IMG/VR virus record: IMGVR_UViG_3300032116_000001
Location: 248,001 to 312,000 of that record
DNA length: 64,000 nucleotides
Direction: 5' to 3' (one strand)
A program made the translations under genes and the position numbers. This document shows positions 39,264 to 48,192 of this stretch, piece by piece (position 1 is the first letter of the stretch; each line of letters begins with the position of its first letter). The notes beneath the pieces were generated by a model. It worked only from the letters and a program-made list of their open reading frames with translations, did not search any database and had not been told where the DNA came from.

Positions 39264-40574
39264 ATGACGCAAAACACACAAGTCACTATGGACATGATTG
39301 ATCCCAAGATGTACACAACTGTATTTTCAACGGGTATTCTTGAGGCTGTCACAAGTAAAGACGGCCTCAAGTTTTGGCAAGGGCATGTTGCTTGTACACA
39401 TGACGAATCTACATGGGTGACATACACTACTTATTGCCAACTTCTTGCAGGGGGAAAGATTTCCGCAGATGAAAATAACTGGCCATCTTTACAAGGGTCT
39501 GACATTTCAAAGATTACTATTAGTGCCCCAACGGTAATTAAGGGTAAAAACATTGGCAGATCGAATGAGACAACCCCGAAAGAACAAGCATTATTCGAGA
39601 TTGATTCTACATATAAAAAGCAAATTGATAAAGGCTATTATCCTATTGGCGAGAAGACGGCAAGAGAAGGAGCATTGGTCTTACCTATGCTTGCGTACCC
39701 ATTTCCCGACAAGGCTCATAAAGTGGAATTCCCATTAACATTACAGCCAAAATACGATGGAATAAGGGCAATTTGTGATGGTGAAAAGATGTGGAGTAGA
39801 AAGGGCAAGGAATTTTCCCCAAATATCGTTGCTCATTTCTTTAAAAACAATGATCTAGAGAAAAATGAAATTAAAGTAGGCCAGGTCACCTTGTCTGATT
39901 TACTCTCAGATAATGATAGTGAAAGTATTGTAGGCGGATTGGATACACTTGGTTATATTGTAGACGGCGAACTAATTCTCCCCGAAGGTTACTCTTTGCA
40001 AGAGACGGTTAGCGCGGCAAAGAAATTCTACCCCGATTTGTCTCCCAAACTTTTGTATCGAATCTACGACGTTGTTGAACCCGATCTATGCTATACTGAG
40101 AGATACAAAATCGTACAAGAAATTGTAGCGAAATCAAATCATCCCCAGATCGTAGCCGCGCCTATTCATGTTATTGAAAGTGAAGAAGAAATGCATCCTG
40201 TACATGAGCGGTATGTAGCGGAGGGCTGGGAGGGAACCATGATCCGATTACATGGCATGGGTTACAAAGTGGGTCAACGCACTCACCAGTTATTAAAGCT
40301 TAAAGACTTTCTTGAAGAAGAATTTCTTGTGATCGGAGTAAAAGAAGGCGGCGGAAAATTTGCGGGTGCGGCAATTTTTATCTGCCAGACTAATGATGGA
40401 GCCGTGTTTGACACTGTGCCGATTGGGACAATGGAGCAAAGACAATATTATTTCCAAAATTCTCATGAAGTAATCGGGTCTTACTGGACGGTGCGCTTCC
40501 AGGCCTGGACCAAAGATCGAAAACCACAATTTGGCCGCGCTATTAATCAACGTGATGTGGATGTGCAGGGATGA
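39264..40574 (+). CDS. ATP-dependent DNA ligase
   Basis: QPKYDGIRA, DGEL, IYD, EGTMIR, LLKLK and an OB domain; N-terminal GKNIGRSNETT extension. Confidence 0.92.
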   Translation: MTQNTQVTMDMIDPKMYTTVFSTGILEAVTSKDGLKFWQGHVACTHDESTWVTYTTYCQLLAGGKISADENNWPSLQGSDISKITISAPTVIKGKNIGRSNETTPKEQALFEIDSTYKKQIDKGYYPIGEKTAREGALVLPMLAYPFPDKAHKVEFPLTLQPKYDGIRAICDGEKMWSRKGKEFSPNIVAHFFKNNDLEKNEIKVGQVTLSDLLSDNDSESIVGGLDTLGYIVDGELILPEGYSLQETVSAAKKFYPDLSPKLLYRIYDVVEPDLCYTERYKIVQEIVAKSNHPQIVAAPIHVIESEEEMHPVHERYVAEGWEGTMIRLHGMGYKVGQRTHQLLKLKDFLEEEFLVIGVKEGGGKFAGAAIFICQTNDGAVFDTVPIGTMEQRQYYFQNSHEVIGSYWTVRFQAWTKDRKPQFGRAINQRDVDVQG

Positions 40575-40966
40575 GTAAGTATCAGAGTAAATACATCGCT
40601 TTTGTGGTCGGAGCAGGGGAGGGTTGTGATTACACGATGGGTTGTAATCGCAGCCTCTTTGAGATCGTGGCAGAAACAGATGACCAGGCACACAAGGGGC
40701 TGTTTGAACTTCTATTTGGCGAGTGGTGTGAAGATAGAAAATGCTGGGTAAGCTCTGGGTTACATAATCCCGACAATCGTGTTGGCGAGGTGTATCTGTT
40801 CAAGGTTGACTCGTGCTCAGGAAACATCATAAGCGAGATGCTTCAGACAAAAGATATTTTTGACAATTCCGAAAAAGAGCAGATCGAGACAATTCGCCGT
40901 CATAAGTCCGAGGAAGCGGAACGCCTTGAATATGAGCGCCTCAAAGCCAAGTTCGGAGAACAATGA
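40571..40966 (+). CDS. Hypothetical protein
   Basis: GEGCDYTMGC; C-terminal ERLEYERLKAKF. Confidence 0.75.
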   Translation: MSKYQSKYIAFVVGAGEGCDYTMGCNRSLFEIVAETDDQAHKGLFELLFGEWCEDRKCWVSSGLHNPDNRVGEVYLFKVDSCSGNIISEMLQTKDIFDNSEKEQIETIRRHKSEEAERLEYERLKAKFGEQ

Positions 40967-41577
40967 AATCCTATCCATCTATTCCGCAAAGTACAGGCCA
41001 GTCATTTTGTGAGTTTCAGGCGTATGTTTTTGACAAACTTGACGGATCGAACTTGCGCTTTGAATGGGCGCGAAAATCGGGCTGGGGCAAGTTTGGGACA
41101 CGTAATCGGTTATTTGACGAGAGCGATCCTGTATTTGGCTCGGCAATACCCATCTTCTTTGATACTCTTGCCGAGCCCATCGAGAGAGTTGCGAGCATGG
41201 AAAAATGGGAACGTGTCACAGTATATGCCGAGTTCTGGGGCGAGAAAAGTTTTGCTGGCTTACATGAACCTGGTGATCCTAAAGTCCTAACACTCTTTGA
41301 TGTCGCACCTCACAAGAAGGGTTTACTCGGCCCACAAGAGTTTTTGAAGAAGTTCGACCACCTTCCAATTCCTAAGCTTCTAGGCCAGATGAAATGGACA
41401 CGCGACTTAGTACAGCGTGTGCGAGAGGGCGAACTTGAAGGAGTGACTTTTGAGGGAGTGGTTGGCAAGGCTGGCGAGGGTCACAAGCTCATTATGGCCA
41501 AAGCAAAAACTCAAGCCTGGATCGATGCAGTTCGGTCCCGATGTGGCGCAACCGCCGATCAGATAATTGCCAGTTAA
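40963..41577 (+). CDS. RNA ligase (Rnl2-like nucleotidyltransferase domain)
   Basis: DKLDGSN, AEFWG, LFDV, EGVV, AKAK motifs. Confidence 0.8.
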   Translation: MKSYPSIPQSTGQSFCEFQAYVFDKLDGSNLRFEWARKSGWGKFGTRNRLFDESDPVFGSAIPIFFDTLAEPIERVASMEKWERVTVYAEFWGEKSFAGLHEPGDPKVLTLFDVAPHKKGLLGPQEFLKKFDHLPIPKLLGQMKWTRDLVQRVREGELEGVTFEGVVGKAGEGHKLIMAKAKTQAWIDAVRSRCGATADQIIAS

Positions 41578-41604
41578 AATCCCATTTGCTGTATCTAGTA
41601 AATT

Positions 41605-42504
41605 ATGATGTTTAATACGAAGCGGTTTTTGGTGACGGGCGGAGCAGGCTTTATAGGCACGCAACTTATAAAGCATCTGCTCAATAAATACGAAGACTGT
41701 GTTATACTTTCAGTTGATAATTATTTCACAGGCCTTATTGAAAACCATATCACAGACCCAAGAGTTACTTACTTGGCATGCTGCACGACAGAGATAAATC
41801 AAAATGCGTCTACTGTAAATTTCAGCCCCGATATTGTTTTTCATCTAGGTGAATTCAGTCGAATAGTTAAAAGTTTTGACGATATTGAAGAATGTCATAA
41901 ATTTAACATGGCTGGAACTTTTCAGGTGCTTCTCTATTGCCGAAAAACTAATGCTCGTTTAGTTTATGCAGCTTCTTCATCAAAATTTGGCAACAATGGC
42001 GAAGACCAGCACTTATCCCCTTATGCCTGGATGAAAGCCAAAAATATAGAACTTATAAATAATTGGCATCATTGGTATGGGCTTGATTTCGTAATCACAT
42101 ATTTTTATAATGTATATGGTCCTGGTCAAATTATGAGCGGAGATTATGCTGCTGTGATCGGAAGATTTCAGCAGCAAGTTATTGACAATCAGCCGATCAC
42201 TGTGGTTGCCCCTGGAACTCAAAGGCGAGATTTTACCAACGTTGAAGATATTGTCCGAGGCATTGTTCTCGCCGCAGAAAAAGGATCAGGCGATGGATAT
42301 TTACTTGGAACAGGTAAAAACTATACTCTTTTAGAAATTGCCGAAGCTTTTGATCATCCTTATATGATAATTCCAGAGCGCAAAGGCGAAAGATTTTCTG
42401 GACAAGCATATCCATCAAAAGCCGAAGAAGAGCTTGGGTGGGTTGCGGAACATAATATCATTGAATACATTAAAAACTGGAAAAAAGAATTCACAAAGCC
42501 ATAA
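41605..42504 (+). CDS. NAD-dependent nucleotide-sugar epimerase/dehydratase
   Basis: TGGAGFIG, SPYAWMK, YNVYGP, GTQRRDF. Confidence 0.92.
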   Translation: MMFNTKRFLVTGGAGFIGTQLIKHLLNKYEDCVILSVDNYFTGLIENHITDPRVTYLACCTTEINQNASTVNFSPDIVFHLGEFSRIVKSFDDIEECHKFNMAGTFQVLLYCRKTNARLVYAASSSKFGNNGEDQHLSPYAWMKAKNIELINNWHHWYGLDFVITYFYNVYGPGQIMSGDYAAVIGRFQQQVIDNQPITVVAPGTQRRDFTNVEDIVRGIVLAAEKGSGDGYLLGTGKNYTLLEIAEAFDHPYMIIPERKGERFSGQAYPSKAEEELGWVAEHNIIEYIKNWKKEFTKP

Positions 42505-42573
42505 TTAATATGAACACTATGTTTGTTTTATCTGTATAAGTTCAATTAGTTCTTAAACAGAAGGAATTACTAA

Positions 42574-44217
<1,644 letters not shown>

Positions 44218-44240
44218 TTGTTGTATAACAATATTTGACT

Positions 44241-44274
44241 CAAGAGGACAAACTAAATTTAGTTTGTCCTCTTG
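44241..44274. repeat. Perfect 34-bp palindrome after groL (terminator or operator)
   Basis: CAAGAGGACAAACTAAA|TTTAGTTTGTCCTCTTG. Confidence 0.85.
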
Positions 44275-44302
44275 GCTTTGAAAATATCCCAGGTAAACAT
44301 AT

Positions 44303-45178
44303 ATGAAGAAAGCCTTTACGCTCATCGAACTTCTTGTTGTTATCGCAATTATTGCTATTTTAGCTGCGATTCTTTTCCCCGTCTTTTCTCAGGCCAAGCT
44401 TGCCGCCAAGAAAACTGTTGGTTTAACCCAAGTTAAACAGATTGGAACATCAATGCAGCTGTATGTCGGCGATTATGATGACATGCTGTTTCCGTACCGA
44501 CTTAATGGTACACAAAACCCCGATTATGCCCGCGCCATTGCTGCTCGGGGGCAGGCGTATGCCGATAGCGTTGTAGGAACTAGTGCAAGAAATGTTATTT
44601 TCTTTAACCAGCTTCTGCAACCATATATGAAAAATAATGATATTTTCAAGGCACCTACCAAGCCAAATGCCTGGGCTGGCGTTGATACTTTCGGTTCTGA
44701 CACTGAACCTGCATTCCGATCTTACGGCGGACAAAACAGCTATGGTGTTAACAATTATGTGTTTACATCTCAGGCGGGCACGTCATCAATCGGCGGGGGG
44801 CTTAATATGGGCGAAATAGCAGAACCAAGCAATACTTTGATTATGGTTGATGCAAGCTATTATAATGTTCTTCCCCGATTCGTTGGAAGACTTAATGGAT
44901 ACACTGGCACATTTAATGTGTGCAGCAGCAGTTACCCGTTGTATTGGAAGAATCTCGGCAACTCCTATCTCTTTAGATGGAATGGTGGACCAAACACGCC
45001 ATCTGACGCTGAAGCTCTGCGATTGATTAATAACCGATATAATGGACCATTGAATATGGTTCAGGGCGACACTAGTTCAAGAGCCGTTGCAGCTAATGCA
45101 ATTCTGAACAACCTGAGAGATCGGGGCGCAGAATCATTTTGGGACCCATACAAACTCGGCAACACTCCATGTCCGTAA
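44303..45178 (+). CDS. Prepilin-type N-terminal cleavage/methylation domain protein (DUF1559-like)
   Basis: [35 protein letters not shown]...Y..DYDD, PYMKN, SYG.N. Confidence 0.92.
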   Translation: MKKAFTLIELLVVIAIIAILAAILFPVFSQAKLAAKKTVGLTQVKQIGTSMQLYVGDYDDMLFPYRLNGTQNPDYARAIAARGQAYADSVVGTSARNVIFFNQLLQPYMKNNDIFKAPTKPNAWAGVDTFGSDTEPAFRSYGGQNSYGVNNYVFTSQAGTSSIGGGLNMGEIAEPSNTLIMVDASYYNVLPRFVGRLNGYTGTFNVCSSSYPLYWKNLGNSYLFRWNGGPNTPSDAEALRLINNRYNGPLNMVQGDTSSRAVAANAILNNLRDRGAESFWDPYKLGNTPCP

Positions 45179-45207
45179 TGCAACAAAACTGCATTATATA
45201 ACGTATA

Positions 45208-45243
45208 ATAATTGGCTCAACTGATTGTAGTTGGGCCAATTAT
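45208..45243. terminator. 15-bp hairpin between the two pilin-like genes
   Basis: ATAATTGGCTCAACT-N6-AGTTGGGCCAATTAT (one G-U pair). Confidence 0.6.
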
Positions 45244-45255
45244 ATTAGAATTATT

Positions 45256-46017
45256 ATGAGACAGGCTTTTACACTTATTGAATTACTTGTTGTGATCGCA
45301 ATTATCGCGGTTTTGGCTGCAATCCTTTTCCCAGTTTTTTCACAAGCAAAGGAAGCTGCCAAGAAAACTCAGTCGATTTCCAACATGCGCCAACTTGGTA
45401 TTTCCTGGCAGCTTTACAATACTGACTACGATGATACCTTAATGAGAGTTTCTGTGCCTGATGAGCATGGTGTGGTTTATTGGTGGGGATGTTGGGAAGA
45501 AGACGAACAAGAACTTAGAGTTGAGGAAGGCCTTTTATATCCTTATACTCGAAACAATGGTATTTACAAGGATTCATCTTTTAATGCTCAAGTTACGGGA
45601 AGTATGAATTTCTCTGGGTATGGATATAATTATGCTTATTTGAGTCCGTCAACTTATTCTCCTCCGAACTGGGAAGAAAATCCCATTCCCGTAAATGCTT
45701 CATCGATTGAGTTTCCATCTGAGACAGTCGCTTTTGCATCAAATGCGAGACTAAATACATGGGCTTATGACAATCCTGTTTTAGAGGGCACGGGATACTT
45801 AGAGCCACCTTCTTTCGATTTCCCAACATTTCAGGGCCGACACAATAAGCATGGCGTAGTACTTTGGTCTGACGGGCATGCCAAGGCGCAAAAGCCTATT
45901 TTGAGGACTGGGGACTTCGGCTGGGGATATAACGGGGCTCAGTTTGCCCCATATAATCTTGGGGAAATAGATAAAGATGGTAATCTTTCAACTGATGAAC
46001 TTTTTGATTTAGAGTGA
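45256..46017 (+). CDS. Prepilin-type N-terminal cleavage/methylation protein with C-terminal H-X9-DG motif
   Basis: [16 protein letters not shown]...QAKEAAKKT; GYGYN; [16 protein letters not shown]. Confidence 0.92.
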   Translation: MRQAFTLIELLVVIAIIAVLAAILFPVFSQAKEAAKKTQSISNMRQLGISWQLYNTDYDDTLMRVSVPDEHGVVYWWGCWEEDEQELRVEEGLLYPYTRNNGIYKDSSFNAQVTGSMNFSGYGYNYAYLSPSTYSPPNWEENPIPVNASSIEFPSETVAFASNARLNTWAYDNPVLEGTGYLEPPSFDFPTFQGRHNKHGVVLWSDGHAKAQKPILRTGDFGWGYNGAQFAPYNLGEIDKDGNLSTDELFDLE

Positions 46018-46064
46018 ATTTGCAACAGGTGTTGATCAACAAACGTAGAATAATAAAACACTAC

Positions 46065-46422
46065 GGGGGCATAAGGGATCGATTGACGTTGCTATCTTAT
46101 GTTTGCAAGGCGCGGATGTATCCTTGGCCGCGATAACAAAGGATGCAAAAAGTAAATGCGGAAAACAACTTCGCTTTCGCTGCTTAATTAAGCTGGCGCA
46201 TGAACCTGAGACGAGTCTGTAGTTAATGGGGATTGTAAAATAAATCAGACTTAGCTTTGAAACTTCGGCTTGTAGTTGAAAAAGCGATATTAATCAAGCT
46301 GCTGTCAAGAAAGTGCTGGCCTCTAGCCAAAGCTTGACTTAAGATTAATATGAGGAGAACCTTGTGGCGAGCATAGGCTCTGTACGGACAACAAGCGGGT
46401 TCAAATCCCGCTGCCTCCACCA
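46065..46422 (+). ncRNA. ssrA: tmRNA with tag (A)AENNFAFAA
   Basis: 5' GGGGGCA pairs with 3' TGCCTCC-ACCA including the G3-U Ala determinant; T-arm GCGGG-TTCAAAT-CCCGC; resume codon GCG at 46158, TAA at 46185-46187. Confidence 0.95.
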
Positions 46423-46427
46423 ATTTT

Positions 46428-46461
46428 GCAGTATGATTTTTTCATACTGCTTTTATTTTTT
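46428..46461 (+). terminator. Intrinsic terminator after the tmRNA
   Basis: GCAGTATGA-TTTTT-TCATACTGC followed by TTTTATTTTTT. Confidence 0.85.
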
Positions 46462-46617
46462 GGGCGGACTCAACTTAAACATGCCCACAGGGGCTTTTTT
46501 AATAAAATGCTGAGCAGCCAAAAGTGAATAGAATTTTTTAATATCTCCTGCTTTAAATTTGACTCCGCTATAAACTCCAGGCCGACTGCATTCTACATAA
46601 AAAACTTTTCGGTTCAT
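46453..46617 (-). CDS. Small hypothetical protein (54 aa, MNRKVFYVECSRPG...)
   Basis: Manually read ORF that fills the gap between the tmRNA and the tRNAs. Confidence 0.45.
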   Translation of the reverse strand: MNRKVFYVECSRPGVYSGVKFKAGDIKKFYSLLAAQHFIKKAPVGMFKLSPPKK

Positions 46618-46691
46618 ATGATTTTTTTTGGGTTTTTAGTCCCAAATTGCCTACTTTTTATTTAAAAATACGTATTATAATTATATTGCTT

Positions 46692-46762
46692 GCTCCATTA
46701 GCTCAATGGTAGAGCTGGGGTCTCTAAAACCTTGGTCGCGGGTTCGATTCCCGTGTGGAGCA
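46692..46762 (+). tRNA. tRNA with CUA anticodon (amber suppressor) no. 1; CCA not encoded
   Basis: Acceptor GCTCCAT/GTGGAGC, D-arm GCTC..GAGC, anticodon arm GGGGT-CTCTAAA-ACCTT (CTA at 46724-46726), T-arm GCGGG-TTCGATT-CCCGT, A73. Confidence 0.85.
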
Positions 46763-46783
46763 GACAATATATTAAAAATACGC

Positions 46784-46858
46784 GCTCTAGTAACTCAGTG
46801 GTAGAGTGGCCCTCTCTAAAAGGGCATGTCGCGGGTTCGAGTCCCGCCTAGAGCGCCA
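46784..46858 (+). tRNA. tRNA with CUA anticodon (amber suppressor) no. 2
   Basis: Acceptor GCTCTAG/CTAGAGC, D-arm ACTC..GAGT, anticodon arm GCCCT-CTCTAAA-AGGGC (CTA at 46816-46818), T-arm GCGGG-TTCGAGT-CCCGC, G73-CCA. Confidence 0.93.
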
Positions 46859-46882
46859 AGGTTTCTAAAACAATACAGAGTC

Positions 46883-47098
46883 ATGTCAAACAAAAACAAT
46901 TATCAAGAATCTGATCAACCAGACGGCGTATTTCTTAAAGGGGTCATGTATGGGGCCGTCATAAGCATTTTTATTTTAATTATAGCAAAGGCCTTATCAT
47001 TGATTTTGAGCCTAAATATATTTGCCAGCTTGGGCATTTCCGTGCTTGCTATTTTCTTAATTGCTTTATTTTTTGAAATTTTTCGGAAAAGATGCTAA
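46883..47098 (+). CDS. Small membrane protein (2 TM segments)
   Basis: MSNKNNYQ... followed by two hydrophobic helices; start moved downstream of the tRNA. Confidence 0.7.
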   Translation: MSNKNNYQESDQPDGVFLKGVMYGAVISIFILIIAKALSLILSLNIFASLGISVLAIFLIALFFEIFRKRC

Positions 47099-47115
47099 CT
47101 TTTTTGTTGAAAAGC

Positions 47116-47140
47116 AGGTATTAAAGATATAACACGAGAA
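47116..47140 (+). promoter_or_regulatory. Putative late promoter AGG-N18-AGAA upstream of the leader/tRNA-Lys unit
   Basis: Exact spacing match to the six other copies. Confidence 0.5.
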
Positions 47141-47155
47141 TTAAGGTAATTCAAA

Positions 47156-47197
47156 ATGAGACACAACATTCTTAAACGCAAACCTAAACATTACTAG
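47156..47197 (+). CDS. Putative leader peptide MRHNILKRKPKHY-amber
   Basis: TAAGGT SD 8 nt upstream; three AAA codons; TAG stop; lies within alternative hairpins. Confidence 0.6.
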   Translation: MRHNILKRKPKHY

Positions 47198-47314
47198 GTT
47201 CTAGTTCTTTCCGAGGCTAGAATCTGGCCTCTTTGCGTATGTGTCTGCAAATCAAAAGTTATTTTTAACTTTTCCTGCGATCAGAAAACCTTCGGGGCCA
47301 AAACTTTAAATTTT

Positions 47315-47390
47315 GGGTCAGTAGCTCAGTTGGTAGAGCAGCGGTCTTTTAAACCGCGGGTCGCGGGTTCGAGCCCCGCCTGGCCCACCA
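47315..47390 (+). tRNA. tRNA-Lys(UUU)
   Basis: GGGTCAG/CTGGCCC-ACCA; anticodon arm GCGGT-CTTTTAA-ACCGC. Confidence 0.96.
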
Positions 47391-47401
47391 GAATTTTTCA
47401 T

Positions 47402-47477
47402 GGAGGGATAGCTCAGTCGGTAGAGCAGCTGACTCTTAATCAGCATGTCGTGGGTTCGATCCCCACTCCCTTCACCA
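47402..47477 (+). tRNA. tRNA-Lys(CUU)
   Basis: GGAGGGA/TCCCTTC-ACCA; anticodon arm GCTGA-CTCTTAA-TCAGC. Confidence 0.96.
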
Positions 47478-47482
47478 ATATA

Positions 47483-47590
47483 TGGTGTTCTGGTACAAGT
47501 GGATTAACTCTGCGCCACAGGAAAAAGACGATGGAAAAACCCATCCATATTTGCAGAGATGTTCAGGCTCGTCCCCTGATAATTTCATCA
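47483..47590 (+). ncRNA. tRNA-like structured element or pseudo-tRNA
   Basis: D-loop-like AAGTGGATTAA, CTCTGC/GCAGAG stem enclosing a GATGG/CCATC hairpin, T-arm-like TCAGG-CTCGTCC-CCTGA. Confidence 0.35.
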
Positions 47591-47632
47591 AGATTGATTT
47601 ATTTTATTGGGCAAATTAACGGCTCAATTAAA

Positions 47633-47752
47633 AAGGAGGTCTCACCTATGTTGTAGGTCATTCGTCCGCCTTAATCATATTTGTAATTCCATTCACTAAC
47701 TTCGTTCATGGCTTTGCATAGCCCACGATTACAAACAGAAATACAAATATGA
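47633..47752 (+). promoter_or_regulatory. Amber-containing leader (ATG TTG TAG GTC ATT CGT CCG CCT TAA, 47648-47674) and an 11-bp helix over the next start codon
   Basis: AAGGAGG SD at 47633-47639; TCATATTTGTA (47675-47685) is exactly complementary to TACAAATATGA (47742-47752), which contains ATG 47749. Confidence 0.7.
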
Positions 47753-48192
47753 AAAACACACTTAATAAAAACATAACATCGACGTTCTTTAACTCTCCTG
47801 ATGGCTACGAAAAGCTTCGGTCTAAATGGAGTGAAATTGTAAATTCTAACTCAGAATACAAACTTACTGCAGCAGATTACATGCTTTATGCAATTCTTCG
47901 TGGAAAAGATTGGAGAAAAGGATTTACAATGCCCAAAAAGCAAGACCCATCTTGGGAGTACGAGACTCCAATTATTGTTTCAAACTCAATGTATACTTCT
48001 AGTACAATCCTGAGATCAATGGCTTGTCCAGTATCAAAGAGTCAAAAATTTTGGGCTGATAATTTCGGGGATATTTTAAATCTCGAAACTGCAAAATCTA
48101 TTTCTAAATTTTATTATCGTCTTGATAGAAGGGAAAATATACTTAAGCAAAGCGCTTATATTTTGGAGGATTCTTCCGAGAATGTGGCCTAA
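47749..48192 (+). CDS. Hypothetical phage protein, first gene of the leader-controlled operon
   Basis: 147 aa; LTAADYMLYAILRGKDWRKGFT; no clear SD of its own. Confidence 0.8.
   Translation: MKNTLNKNITSTFFNSPDGYEKLRSKWSEIVNSNSEYKLTAADYMLYAILRGKDWRKGFTMPKKQDPSWEYETPIIVSNSMYTSSTILRSMACPVSKSQKFWADNFGDILNLETAKSISKFYYRLDRRENILKQSAYILEDSSENVA

Noticed and set aside
46223-46423. Minus-strand ORF MVEAAGFEPA...
   Set aside because: Typical antisense translation of the tmRNA 3' end
46692-46858. tRNA-Pyl or tRNA-Arg(UCU) assignment for the CTCTAAA tRNAs
   Set aside because: They have canonical 5-bp anticodon stems, GG D-loops and TTCGA T-loops, unlike tRNA-Pyl, and no pyl genes are in the window. The stem register places U33-C34-U35-A36, not UCU
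46826-46882. N-terminal extension MSRVRVPPRAP of the membrane ORF
   Set aside because: Derived from the tRNA T-arm; the real start is likely 46883
47330-47656. 108-aa ORF from the track as an independent gene
   Set aside because: It starts inside tRNA-Lys(UUU) and spans both tRNAs; kept only as a note on frame openness
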